From assembly GCA_040005235.1 (NCBI GenBank), contig JBDTZG010000030.1, positions 1 to 62,516 on the forward strand: 62,516 bases of DNA, in the 5' to 3' direction. The position numbers were made by a program, and so were the translations under genes. Numbering within the stretch: position 1 is the first letter of the stretch; each line of letters starts with the position of its first letter. Shown here piece after piece: positions 9,414 through 18,604 of this stretch. Below the pieces are notes generated by a model that saw nothing but the letters and a program-made list of their open reading frames with translations, was not told where the DNA came from and ran no database searches. Origin of the DNA: Acidobacteriota bacterium. GTDB lineage: Bacteria > Acidobacteriota > Thermoanaerobaculia > Multivoradales > UBA5704.

Positions 9414-10286
9414 CTACCGCTCCTTCTGATACGGCAACCCGAGCGCCTTCGGCGGGCGCGAGCGGCCGATGAAGCCGGCGAGCACCACCAGGGTGAGCAC
9501 GTAAGGAACGATCTGGATGAATTGGACGGGAATCTCGGTCACCCCCTGCATCTGGATCGAGATCGCTTCGGCGAGGCCGAAGAGCAGGCAGGCGAACATC
9601 GTGGGGACCGGTTTCCACTTGCCCATGATCAGGGCGGCGAGCGCGATGAATCCGCGGCCGGCGGTCATGTTGCGGGTGAAGAGGGACGACTGGCCGATCG
9701 ACAGGTAGGCCCCGCCGATCGCCGCGAGCGCTCCCGAAAGGACCACCGCGAGGGTGCGAATGCGCGCGACCGAAACGCCCGCTGCATCCGCCGCCGCGGG
9801 GTTTTCGCCCACGGCGCGGAGGCGCAGGCCGAAGCGGGTGCGGGCGAGCACCAGCTCCAGAATCGGCACCAGGGCGAACGCCAACACGATCGGCGCGATC
9901 GGCAGCAGGTTGGCCTGAGGAATCTGCGGTGTCGCGCCGGTCGAAGCGAACATCGCTCCAGAAAGGAGCGCGGGCACGCCGAGGAACAGGATGTTGATCG
10001 CCGTGCCGCTCACCACCTGGTCGGCGCCATAGCGGATGCAGGCGACGGCGTGGATGTAGGCGACGGCTCCCCCCGCGCAGATACCCGCGAGCAGGCCGAG
10101 CCAGGGATTGCCCGAGAAATGGGTGACCACCGCGGCGGTGAACGAGCCGGCGAGCATCAACCCTTCGAGCGCGATGTTGATCACGCCCGAGCGTTCCGAC
10201 AGCAGGCCGCCGAGCGCGGCGAGCAGCAGCGGGGTGGCGAGCCGGATCGCCGACAGGACCAGGCCGATCTGGAACATCTCTCTCAT
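9414..10286 (-). CDS. ABC transporter permease (nucleoside/sugar, CUT2 type)
   Basis: SERSGVINIALEG, GENPAAA, AGRGFIALAALIMGKW, PKALG. Confidence 0.92.
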   Translation of the reverse strand: MREMFQIGLVLSAIRLATPLLLAALGGLLSERSGVINIALEGLMLAGSFTAAVVTHFSGNPWLGLLAGICAGGAVAYIHAVACIRYGADQVVSGTAINILFLGVPALLSGAMFASTGATPQIPQANLLPIAPIVLAFALVPILELVLARTRFGLRLRAVGENPAAADAAGVSVARIRTLAVVLSGALAAIGGAYLSIGQSSLFTRNMTAGRGFIALAALIMGKWKPVPTMFACLLFGLAEAISIQMQGVTEIPVQFIQIVPYVLTLVVLAGFIGRSRPPKALGLPYQKER

Positions 10287-11362
10287 CAGCGCCGGCCCCC
10301 CGCGGTCGTGCGGTCGCGCGCGCCGATCGCTACGAACAGGATGATCAGCGCCTGGAGCACGAAGATCAGGTCTTTGGAGACCTTTTCGGTGAAGATGTCG
10401 ACGAACAGGCCGCCGCGCAGGAGCGCACCGAACAGCAGCGCCGCGAGCAGCACGCCGAGCGGCCGGTTCCTGCCGAGCAGGGCGACCGCGATACCGGTAA
10501 AGCCGTAGCCGGCCGAAAAGCCGTCGTAGTAGCGGTAGCGATAGCCAAGCACCTCGGACACCGCGACCAGCCCGGCCAAGCCGCCCGAGAGCGCCATCGC
10601 GAGCACGATCTGGCGCGGGGTGGAGATGCCGCCGTACTCCGCGGCGTCGGGGTTGGCGCCCGTCGCGCGGATCTCATATCCCCAGCGGGTGCGCTTCAAG
10701 AAGATCGCGACCGCAACGCACATCGCCAGAGCGAGCAGGAACGCGACGGAGAGCGGAATGCGCTCGGGAAAGCCCGGGATGAACCGGCCGAAGCGCGGAA
10801 TCTGCGCGGCGGGGGCGATCGGCACGGTCTGGAGCAGCGCGTCGCCCGGCTTCTTGAAATGATATTCGGTGAAGTAGCTGGCGATCGCGGCGGCGACGAA
10901 GTTGAGCATGATCGTGGTGATCACTTCGTGCGCGCCGAACCGGGCTTTGAGCACTCCCGGCACCGCGCCCCAGAACGCGCCGGCCAGGACCGCGGCGACG
11001 ATGCAGATGGGAATCAGCAGAAACGCGGGCGCGCCGGAGAACGTGATCCCCGCCCAGGCGGCGGCGAACGCCGCGAGGGTGAGCTGCCCCTCGGCGCCGA
11101 TGTTGAGCAGGCCGGCGCGCATCGCGAGCGCCACGGCGAGCCCGGTGAAGATCAGCGGCGTCGCATAGAACAGCGTGTAGCCGATGCCGTCCGGCCAGGT
11201 GAGAGCGCTGCCGATCAGCAGAGTGAAGGTCTGGACGGGGGAGTCGCCCACCAGGGCGACGATCACGCCGCCGACCGCGAAGGCGGCGAGCACGGCGAGG
11301 ATCGGTGGCGCCCAGCCGGGAAGGCTCGCCAGACGCTGAGTCAGCCGGTTCGGTCCGCTCAT
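10286..11362 (-). CDS. ABC transporter permease (nucleoside/sugar, CUT2 type)
   Basis: [34 protein letters not shown]. Confidence 0.92.
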   Translation of the reverse strand: MSGPNRLTQRLASLPGWAPPILAVLAAFAVGGVIVALVGDSPVQTFTLLIGSALTWPDGIGYTLFYATPLIFTGLAVALAMRAGLLNIGAEGQLTLAAFAAAWAGITFSGAPAFLLIPICIVAAVLAGAFWGAVPGVLKARFGAHEVITTIMLNFVAAAIASYFTEYHFKKPGDALLQTVPIAPAAQIPRFGRFIPGFPERIPLSVAFLLALAMCVAVAIFLKRTRWGYEIRATGANPDAAEYGGISTPRQIVLAMALSGGLAGLVAVSEVLGYRYRYYDGFSAGYGFTGIAVALLGRNRPLGVLLAALLFGALLRGGLFVDIFTEKVSKDLIFVLQALIILFVAIGARDRTTAGGRR

Positions 11363-12960
11363 GCCGTTTCTCCCACCCTTTCCGCCACCGCTGCCACCAC
11401 CGGCGCGCGCGGGGCGCCGCCGGTCATCAAAAGCCCGATCTCGGCCGCCGTGGCGGTCGCGGGATCGACCTCGGCGGCGATCTTGCCCGAGTGGAGCACG
11501 AGCAGGCGGTCGGACAGAGCGGTCACCTCTTCCAGCTCGGCCGAGACCAGCAGGATCGCCACCCCCCGATCGCGTAGCGCCAGGAGCTGGCGATGGATGA
11601 ACTCGATCGCGCCGATGTCGACGCCGCGGGTCGGTTGGGAGACCAGCAGCAGTTTCGGCCGTTGGCCCATCTCGCGGCCGACCACCAGTTTCTGCTGGTT
11701 GCCGCCCGAGAGAGCGCGCGCGGGAAGGTCGGGATTCGCCGGCCGGACGTCGAATTCGGCGAGCAGGTTTTCGGTCGCGGTGCGGATCGCCGCCAGGTCC
11801 ATCCAGGTCGCCCCCACCCGCGAGACCGCGGGCGGCCTGTCCTGGACGCCGAGGATGGCGTTTTCCGCCAGGTCGAAATCGAGTACCAGGCCGCGACGGT
11901 GGCGATCCTCGGGGATATGCGCGAGGCCGAGCGCGCGCCGCGCGTAGGCTGAAAGCGAAGTCAGATCCTCGCCGTCGAGATCGATCGATCCGCCGACCAG
12001 GCCCGGCGCGGTCAAACCGGCCAGCGCTTCGATCAGCTCGGTCTGGCCGTTGCCTTCAACCCCGGCGACGCCGAGGATCTCGCCCGCGTGAACTTCGAAC
12101 GAGACGCCGGAGAGCCGCTCGGCCGAGCGCTCCGCAGCCGGCCGGCGGACCACCAGGTTGCGCACGGCAAGCACCGGGGCCTTCGAATCCTGGACCGCGC
12201 GCGCGCCTTTTTCTACCCGCAGCAACACGTCGCGGCCGACCATCATGCGCGCGAGCTCGGGCGCGGAGGTTTCGGCCGTCTTCACCTGGCCGACCACGCG
12301 GCCGTCGCGCATCACGGTCACCTCGTCCGAGATCTCCAACACCTCGGCGAGCTTGTGGGTGATCAGGACGACGGTCTTGCCCTGCTCGCGCATGCGGGAA
12401 AGGGTGCGAAACAGCTCCGCCGTGTCCTGAGGCGCGAGCACCGCGGTCGGCTCGTCGAGGATCAGCAGGCGCGCCTTCCGGTAGAGCGCCTTGAGCAACT
12501 CCACCCGCTGCTGCTCGCCGACCGAGAGGTCCGCGATCTTCGCCCGCGGATTTACGTGCAAACCGACCTCCGCGGCGAGGCGCTCGATCTCGGCTTCCGC
12601 CCGCCGCCAGTCGAGGCCCAATCCGAGCCCGCCACCGAAACCGGACGAGAGAGGCTCAGCGCCGAGGGCGACGTTTTCCGCCACGGTCATCGGCTCGACC
12701 AGCATGAAGTGCTGGTGCACCATGCCGACGCCGAGCGCGATCGCATCCTTCGGGCTTGCGAGCTTCCGCGACGTGCCGTCGATCAAGATCTCGCCGCCGT
12801 CCGGTTGATAGAAGCCGTAGGCGATGCGCATGGCGGTCGACTTGCCCGCACCGTTTTCGCCCACCACGGCGTGGATCGTCCCCGGGCGGACGACGATCGA
12901 AACCTCGTCGTTCGCGGTCACCCGACCGAATCGCTTGGTGATCTTGCGCAGCTCGAGCAC
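11359..12960 (-). CDS. ABC transporter ATP-binding protein (double ABC domain)
   Basis: [31 protein letters not shown]. Confidence 0.95.
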   Translation of the reverse strand: MLELRKITKRFGRVTANDEVSIVVRPGTIHAVVGENGAGKSTAMRIAYGFYQPDGGEILIDGTSRKLASPKDAIALGVGMVHQHFMLVEPMTVAENVALGAEPLSSGFGGGLGLGLDWRRAEAEIERLAAEVGLHVNPRAKIADLSVGEQQRVELLKALYRKARLLILDEPTAVLAPQDTAELFRTLSRMREQGKTVVLITHKLAEVLEISDEVTVMRDGRVVGQVKTAETSAPELARMMVGRDVLLRVEKGARAVQDSKAPVLAVRNLVVRRPAAERSAERLSGVSFEVHAGEILGVAGVEGNGQTELIEALAGLTAPGLVGGSIDLDGEDLTSLSAYARRALGLAHIPEDRHRRGLVLDFDLAENAILGVQDRPPAVSRVGATWMDLAAIRTATENLLAEFDVRPANPDLPARALSGGNQQKLVVGREMGQRPKLLLVSQPTRGVDIGAIEFIHRQLLALRDRGVAILLVSAELEEVTALSDRLLVLHSGKIAAEVDPATATAAEIGLLMTGGAPRAPVVAAVAERVGETA

Positions 12961-12995
12961 GGGTCGCGGTTTCTCGTCGCTAAAGTCAGGTAGGT

Positions 12996-14003
12996 CTAGT
13001 TCGCCATCGCGTCGGTGACTTTGATCTCGCCGTGGATGATCTTCGCCTTCGCGGCTTCGACCTCGGCGATCACCGAGGCGGGGATCAGCCCGGCGTTGTA
13101 CTGGTCCATCGCGTAACCGATGCCGCCATTGTCCAGTCCGTAGACGTGGATGCCCGCTTTGAATTTTCCCTGGACCCGATCCTGGATGATCTGGTAGACC
13201 GCGTTGTCGATGCGCTTCACCATGCTGGTGAGGACGTGGCCGGGCTTCACCCAGTTCTGGTTCGAATCGACGCCGATGATGAACTTTTCGCGCTGCTCGA
13301 CCGCGTCGAACACGCCGAGGCCCGAGTTGCCGGCGGCGGCGAAGATCACGTCCGCCCCCTTGCCGATCTGCGCCTCGGCCAGCTCCTTGCCTTTGCCGGG
13401 ATTGTTCCAGGCCGATTCGGTGACGCCCACGTAGTTGGGGATCACTCGAACGTCCGGCCGCACCGAGCGCGCACCTTCTTCATACCCCGTGGCGAAGCGG
13501 TGGATGAGCGGGATGTCCATGCCGCCGACAAAGCCGAGCACGCCGGTCTGGCTCTTGCGCGCCGCGATCATGCCGACCAGGTACGAGCCTTCGTGCTCTT
13601 TAAAGACCAACGACGCGACGTTCGGCAGCTCGAGCACGCCGTCGACGATCGCGAACTGGAGCTTCGGATAGTCCCGGGCGACCGCGTCGACGATCGGCAT
13701 CTGGGCGAAGCCGATGCCGATGATCAAGTCATAGTTGCGCTCGGCAAACGCGCGCATCGCCGGTTCGAGCGAAGTCGGGTCGCCCGGCTCGGCGTCGCGC
13801 AGGACGATCGGAAAGTCCTTCGCCGCCCGCTGGACCCCCTGCCAGGCCGCGGCGTTGAACGATCGATCGTCCTTGCCGCCGCTGTCGAACACGATGCCCA
13901 CGTGAACCTTGCCCGCCTCGGCCGGAGGCGCCCCGGCCAAGCGGCAGCCCGCGAGCAAAAGGCCCGCCGCCACGATCGCCGTCCCCACAGACAGGTTCCG
14001 CAT
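12996..14003 (-). CDS. BMP/PnrA family ABC substrate-binding lipoprotein
   Basis: Lipobox LAGC; [33 protein letters not shown]. Confidence 0.93.
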   Translation of the reverse strand: MRNLSVGTAIVAAGLLLAGCRLAGAPPAEAGKVHVGIVFDSGGKDDRSFNAAAWQGVQRAAKDFPIVLRDAEPGDPTSLEPAMRAFAERNYDLIIGIGFAQMPIVDAVARDYPKLQFAIVDGVLELPNVASLVFKEHEGSYLVGMIAARKSQTGVLGFVGGMDIPLIHRFATGYEEGARSVRPDVRVIPNYVGVTESAWNNPGKGKELAEAQIGKGADVIFAAAGNSGLGVFDAVEQREKFIIGVDSNQNWVKPGHVLTSMVKRIDNAVYQIIQDRVQGKFKAGIHVYGLDNGGIGYAMDQYNAGLIPASVIAEVEAAKAKIIHGEIKVTDAMAN

Positions 14004-14040
14004 GTTTCGAACCGGCAGGCTAGCGCGAGCGGCCGGGCGA

Positions 14041-14167
14041 GGGCAAGGGCCAATGGCCTGGGCTTTTGGGGGGACGCGACCCTTCGGGCTCCCAGGCCGT
14101 GCCTCTTGGGGAATTGCTTTTAGGCCTGAAAGGGCCCTCTCCGTCAGCCCGGGTCATCGGCCCGGGG
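14041..14167. repeat. Inverted pair of REP-like palindromes, same family as the copies at 62.3 kb
   Basis: GGGCcaatGGCCTGGGCT..CCCTTCGGG and the inverted GGCCTGAAAGGGCC..AGCCCGGGTCATCGGCCCGGGG. Confidence 0.5.
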
Positions 14168-14392
14168 AGTGACATCGCCGCCGTGGCATGGACTTCGCCC
14201 CACCGCCCATCGCACGGCGATCGCGGCCGCGATGCGCGCATCCGTGATCCTTCTAAGACGACCTTAAAGGACTCACGTGATGTCATCACATAGGCAACCG
14301 ACGAGCCGTGATTTTGTTCTTCAACTTTCGGTAGGAGCTGGCGTGCTTACGTTCGGTGGCAACCGGCTTCTCTCGCGGACGATTTCCGCGAC

Positions 14393-14426
14393 GATCGTAG
14401 GGGTGCACGGCCGCGCCCCTAGGATC
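14393..14426. repeat. GTAG-type REP-like hairpin / possible terminator of the peptide gene
   Basis: GATCGTAGGGGTGCACGGCCGCGCCCCTAGGATC. Confidence 0.45.
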
Positions 14427-14469
14427 GCTCTGGTCCCTCGGACGAATCTGGGAATCTATAGATGGAGCT

Positions 14470-14622
14470 CTACTCGGCGCAGCACACGTAGACAGAGTTG
14501 CCGGTACAGTAGGAGGTGCCTTCAAGCACGGCTCCCTCCACCACCCGAGCTTGCTTGGTGGTGAGCTGGAGAAGAGTGTCTCGGGAGAGCGTCAACTTCT
14601 TCAAGTCGCCTTTCTTTCTCAT
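14470..14622 (-). CDS. RiPP (lanthipeptide-like) precursor peptide, 50 aa
   Basis: MRKKGDLKKLTLSRDTLLQLTTKQARVVEGA-VLEGTSYCTGNSVYVCCAE; RBS GGAAAGGA 7 nt upstream; basic KKLxLxR[DE]TL leader, GA site, Ser/Thr/Cys-rich core; not in the ORF track. Confidence 0.8.
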   Translation of the reverse strand: MRKKGDLKKLTLSRDTLLQLTTKQARVVEGAVLEGTSYCTGNSVYVCCAE

Positions 14623-15041
14623 GGGATATTCCTTTCCAAGTCAAGAGTTCTCATACCTTTTACCATAGATCCCTCAAGTCGCAGTCCAATCGCCCGCTAC
14701 AGACTCGGCTAATTTGCCGGCCGCCGCGTCGGCGTCGGCGGTAACTCCCGAGGCGCCGGGCCGAACCACCGTTCCAGATCGGCGATCCGCCCCCGGCTCA
14801 GGGGACGCGTCGCTCGGCTTCGCCTCTAATTTTCTTGTCACGATTAGGAGAGTATCGATATTCTGGGGGACGTTTGAAGCGCCAGAGAGCGGTCGGAAGG
14901 CCGGTCTCACTCCCCCGACCGCTTGGGTTCGGGTACCTTGAGGCGCAACGTCTCACCGGCTGCAAGGGCTCCCCGACGCGGGGATCCAGCCGGCCCGCGG
15001 CTTCGTCAACCCCGGCCGATGGCTTGCCCTCAGTTCGGCCC

Positions 15042-15233
15042 TCAGTTCGCCGGCCGCCGTGCGGCGTCTGCGGGCAGCTCCGGCGGCGCCGGACCGAGCC
15101 GTCGTTCCAGGTCGGCGATCTTTTCGCAGGCGTTCTGAAGCTGTCGGCGTAGCCCGGGCCCGGTGAAGTGGACCAGGACCGATTCGCGAAACGGCGCCAT
15201 CTCCGCCCAGCGGCGTTTGAAGGTTTTGATCAT
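15042..15233 (-). CDS. Small hypothetical protein, 63 aa
   Basis: ATG 19 nt downstream of the 15253 stop, GGGAG upstream, short coiled coil LQNACEKIADLERRL. Confidence 0.4.
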   Translation of the reverse strand: MIKTFKRRWAEMAPFRESVLVHFTGPGLRRQLQNACEKIADLERRLGPAPPELPADAARRPAN

Positions 15234-15252
15234 TGCGCGGGCTCCCGTCGCC

Positions 15253-15630
15253 TCAACTTTCCTGAGTCCATCGGTGGCGGAAGAGTCGTCGCTCTTGGAC
15301 CAGGCCGAGAAACGCCTCTCGATTTTCGTTGCCCTTCGCGATCAGCGCCGCGAAGACCCGCAGGTTCAGGAGGGCGCCTTCGGGGAGCGGTTTGATCTGC
15401 AGCAGCCCGAGCATCCGGGTGGCCAGCTCCGGAAGGATTCGTCCTCGGCCTTGGCGCAGTAAGACGGCTCCCAGCTCGATGTAGGCATCCGCGGCTTCCA
15501 GCACCTCGCCGGTCGTTCGCCAAGTTCCCGCGGCCCGGCCGAACAGCCTTGCGGCATCCTCGAGGTTCCCCTGGTCGCGCGCATTTTCAGCGCGGGCGAA
15601 CATCTCCGCGGCGGCTGACCGAAGTTCCAT
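15253..15630 (-). CDS. Stand-alone TPR-like protein resembling the C-terminal part of the neighbouring receptors
   Basis: GEVLEAADAYIELGAVLLRQGR aligns by eye with GLPIEAAVVSLDLAMLWLQQGR (24796) and GMTYDSALAALNLSECYLTAGR (15823). Confidence 0.7.
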   Translation of the reverse strand: MELRSAAAEMFARAENARDQGNLEDAARLFGRAAGTWRTTGEVLEAADAYIELGAVLLRQGRGRILPELATRMLGLLQIKPLPEGALLNLRVFAALIAKGNENREAFLGLVQERRLFRHRWTQES

Positions 15631-15704
15631 GGGCAGCAGCGTAGGGCACACTTTTCATTCCTGGCGCAAGCCTTACCGAACGCACTCGTTTTGTCGCACC
15701 AGGT

Positions 15705-15716
15705 CCGTGTAAACGG
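15705..15716. promoter_or_regulatory. Palindromic operator-like site, copy 1
   Basis: CCGTGTAAACGG, 1 mismatch to the perfect palindrome core at 17717-17728. Confidence 0.55.
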
Positions 15717-15822
15717 GCATTTTTGCTCGAAACCGGGGTGGCGGGCCTTATCGTTTCTCGGTTGTCACGATTGAACTATGCTAAACACCCTTGCTTAGAG
15801 AACCTCTATAGGAGATGCCCCG

Positions 15823-17310
15823 ATGCCGAAGTCGATCGTTTGGCTGACCAATGCTGCGCTTCGACTGATCCGGGAAGCGCTCGGCTGGGAACAGCGGCGG
15901 CTGGCGGCGGCGGCGGGGGTGTCCCCGGCCACGATCAGCGACTATGAAACGGGCCGGCTCCGCGAGCCTCTGGCGCGCGAACGGCTCGACGAGCTTACGG
16001 CGTTGATGGGCGCTCCCAAAGCGGCGGTCGAGATCGCCCTCGCCGCGCTGGAGGTGATCCGTTCGCTCGCCGTTGCGGGCGCGCGGGACGCCGTCTTTGA
16101 GCTGCCGCGGGAGCTGCGCGAGGTGCTGGAGCTGGCGGCGGCCAAGATCTGGCGCCTGGTGCGGCAGGATTTCTCCGCGGGCGGCCGGGACCTTCTGCTC
16201 GAAGCGGCACGCGCGCAGGCGGCGGTGGTCTGGGAGGCTCTGCGGCATCTGTCGCACGACGGTCGCCGCGCATTGCTCGACCGCTCGCCTGCCCTGGCGA
16301 CCTGGGCCACGGTCGAGCTTCTGGCGCACGAAAGCGAGCGGGCGGCGGTCCGCGACCTGACAGATGCGCTGGCGCTGGGCGAACTCGCCGTCCGGGCGGC
16401 GGGTCTCACCCCCGACCCTTTGCCGCTCCGAGCGGCGGCGAAAGAGTATGCCTGGATCTATTGGGGGAACGCCCGCAGGGTGAAGGGGTGGCTCGCCAAG
16501 GCGGACGCCGCCTTCGCTCGCGCGAAGAGGGAGGCTGAGAGCGCGAGCCCGCTCGCGATGTCGCCGTTTTCCCGGGCGCGGATGTTGGATCGAGAGGCGT
16601 CGTTGCGGCGCGATCAGCGCCGGTTCGAGGAGGCGTTGGAACTTTCGGATCGCGCGTTCGCGGTCGCCCTCCCTTCGGAGTTCGGCATGTTGTGGCACAA
16701 CCGGGCTGCGCTGCTCGAACAGAGTGGTGACGCCGAAGCGGCCTTCTCGGCGCTACGGGAAGCGCTGGCCAACCTTGATGAGACGAGCGAACCTCGGCAC
16801 CTGTGGGGCGCGCAGTTCAATCTGGCCGCGAGCTTGGTCGATCTCGGGCGTGCGGCGGAAGCGGCGCCTCTGTTGCCCGGAGTGCGGGAACAGGCCGAGA
16901 AGCAGCGGGACACGATCGACCTGATCCGCGTCAACTGGCTGGAAGGGCGTGCCGCCTTTGCACTCGGAGATACGCGTGTTGCCACGGCGGCTCTGGAACA
17001 GGTCTGGCTACAGTTCACAGCCCAGGGGATGACTTACGATTCTGCGCTGGCGGCGCTCAACCTCTCCGAGTGCTATCTGACCGCCGGCCGGCATGCGGAA
17101 ACGCGCGTGTTGGCCCGCAAGGCCGCGAAGGTCTTCCGGGACCTCGGGATCGAGAAGGAAGAGCTGGCCGCGGTGCGCCTGTTCCTCGGCGCGGCCGAGC
17201 TCGAACGGGCGACCGCCGAGCAGGCGGGGCTGGCCTACCGGGCCCTTGCCACATATCGGGCGCCGCGAGGATCATTCCCCGCTGCGCCGGATCTGGAGGC
17301 AGGTCAGTGA
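15823..17310 (+). CDS. XRE-family HTH + TPR regulator (putative peptide receptor)
   Basis: N-terminal LRLIREALGWEQRRLAAAAGVSPATISDYETG; helical TPR repeats (WGNARRVKG, WLEGRAA); RBS AGGAG. Confidence 0.88.
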   Translation: MPKSIVWLTNAALRLIREALGWEQRRLAAAAGVSPATISDYETGRLREPLARERLDELTALMGAPKAAVEIALAALEVIRSLAVAGARDAVFELPRELREVLELAAAKIWRLVRQDFSAGGRDLLLEAARAQAAVVWEALRHLSHDGRRALLDRSPALATWATVELLAHESERAAVRDLTDALALGELAVRAAGLTPDPLPLRAAAKEYAWIYWGNARRVKGWLAKADAAFARAKREAESASPLAMSPFSRARMLDREASLRRDQRRFEEALELSDRAFAVALPSEFGMLWHNRAALLEQSGDAEAAFSALREALANLDETSEPRHLWGAQFNLAASLVDLGRAAEAAPLLPGVREQAEKQRDTIDLIRVNWLEGRAAFALGDTRVATAALEQVWLQFTAQGMTYDSALAALNLSECYLTAGRHAETRVLARKAAKVFRDLGIEKEELAAVRLFLGAAELERATAEQAGLAYRALATYRAPRGSFPAAPDLEAGQ

Positions 17311-17314
17311 GCCC

Positions 17315-17686
17315 TCACTGCGCGCAATTCCCGCCGGTGTCGATCACGCACCCTGCGTCCCTTTGCGGGAGGACGCTGTCGTGGCATCGGCCACCTGGGT
17401 CGAAGATGCATCCTGCCGGAGCCCAAATCGGTGCCGGCGAGCACTTGCCACCGGAGTCAATCCCGCACCCTTCGTCGCGTGGCGGGGTGCTATCGCCGTC
17501 GCGGCAACCGCCGTGGGGATCGAAGATGCAGCCTGCGGGCGCCCAGAGCCGGGTCAACGCCTCCAGCCAGTCGGCGAATCTAAAGGCGCTTTCCCCCGAA
17601 GCGGCGCGAGCGGCCGGGTTGGCGACGAGCAGGAACAGCAGGACGAGGGCGACGGGGACGGCGAAACGACGGAGCGTTCGGGGCAT
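17315..17686 (-). CDS. Secreted multi-core pro-peptide, 123 aa (4 x GCxxDxxGxC)
   Basis: AAGGAG RBS; Sec signal MPRTLRRFAVPVALVLLFLLVANPAARA; repeats GCIFDPHGGC, GCGIDSGGKC, GCIFDPGGRC, GCVIDTGGNC. Confidence 0.85.
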   Translation of the reverse strand: MPRTLRRFAVPVALVLLFLLVANPAARAASGESAFRFADWLEALTRLWAPAGCIFDPHGGCRDGDSTPPRDEGCGIDSGGKCSPAPIWAPAGCIFDPGGRCHDSVLPQRDAGCVIDTGGNCAQ

Positions 17687-17714
17687 GGCGAGTCTCCTTG
17701 GGTTGGGGGACGTC

Positions 17715-17730
17715 ACCCGTTTAAACGGGT
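17715..17730. promoter_or_regulatory. Perfect 16-bp palindrome, operator-like, copy 2
   Basis: ACCCGTTTAAACGGGT in the 85-bp divergent gap between the peptide gene and the HTH gene. Confidence 0.65.
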
Positions 17731-17771
17731 AAAGAGACTATGCCGCACATCGTTTCCAGGAGGAGGGTCCT

Positions 17772-18140
17772 ATGAAGAGGACGGTCAAGCGACCGAAGAG
17801 TGCGCCGCTCGGACCGAAACCGCCGGTCGAGGTGACTCCCGGCCCGGACATCGGTCGATTGATTCGGATGTTTCGGGCTTCCAAAGGGATGACCCAGAAG
17901 GAGCTGGAAAAAGCCACCGGCGTACACCGGTCGAGCCTCTCCGCCTACGAAACCGGCTGGCGCCGTCCACGGCCGGCGACCTTTGCGCGGATCATGACGG
18001 TGGTGGGATCATCCCGGCCGCCGATGTCTCCCGGAGCGGCGGCGGCAGTGGAGTCGCTCGCCGAGCGGGTGTGGGCGTTGGCTGGAGCGGCGTTCGCGGA
18101 GGTCGCAGCGCGGCTGGCGGCCGGCTTACCACCGTTTTGA
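17772..18140 (+). CDS. Stand-alone XRE-family HTH protein
   Basis: IRMFRASKGMTQKELEKATGVHRSSLSAYETGWRRP; RBS AGGAGG. Confidence 0.85.
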   Translation: MKRTVKRPKSAPLGPKPPVEVTPGPDIGRLIRMFRASKGMTQKELEKATGVHRSSLSAYETGWRRPRPATFARIMTVVGSSRPPMSPGAAAAVESLAERVWALAGAAFAEVAARLAAGLPPF

Positions 18141-18268
18141 GATCCGCAAGGATTGCGACGACCGCCGCATGAGGTGAGCCGGAAGAGATAAGAAGTGTTT
18201 CGATGCGGAAAACCGGTGCGCCCGTTCGGCGAAGAGGTGTGCGGGTCGGCGACACCGGCAAGCTGGCC

Positions 18269-18604
18269 TGTACTACCGGTGGTTCGGCCGAGCGCAGAGG
18301 TGATCCGGTCCGTACCACCGGTGCCCTGGCCCAGCGCAGTGGTGTTTCGGTCCGTTCCACCGGTGCTCTGGCCGAGCGCAGTGGTGTTCCGGTCCGTACC
18401 ACCAGTGCCCTGGCCCAGCGCAGTGGTGTTCCGGTCCGTACCACCAGTGCCCTGGCCCAGCGCACCAGTGATCTGGGTCGTCTCACCAGTGCCCTGGCTC
18501 AGCGCAGTGATGTTCTGGGTCGTATCACCAGTGCCCCGGCCCAGCGCACCGGTGATCTGGGTCGTACCAACCGTGTCCTGGCTCGGCGCACCGGTGGTGG
18601 CGGG
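18269..18604. repeat. Tandem array, 8 x 42 bp with 21-bp sub-period
   Basis: Consensus CGTACCACCAGTGCCCTGGCCCAGCGCAGTGGTGTTCCGGTC; units at 18269, 18311, 18353, 18395, 18437, 18479, 18521, 18563. Confidence 0.9.

Noticed and set aside
14020-14564. ORF-track calls 14020, 14066, 14277 and 14286
   Set aside because: Low-complexity Arg/Pro/Ser translations over REP hairpins; the 50-aa minus-strand ORF has a better RBS and motif support
17315-17686. Lasso peptide or other enzyme-modified RiPP precursor
   Set aside because: It has a Sec signal rather than a RiPP leader, Gly-to-Asp spacing is too short for a lasso ring, and no maturases are nearby
15042-18140. Prophage immunity region (divergent XRE genes, arbitrium-like)
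   Set aside because: No integrase, structural or replication genes and no att sites in the window
18269-18604. CRISPR array
   Set aside because: Units are contiguous and degenerate with no unique spacers; no cas genes
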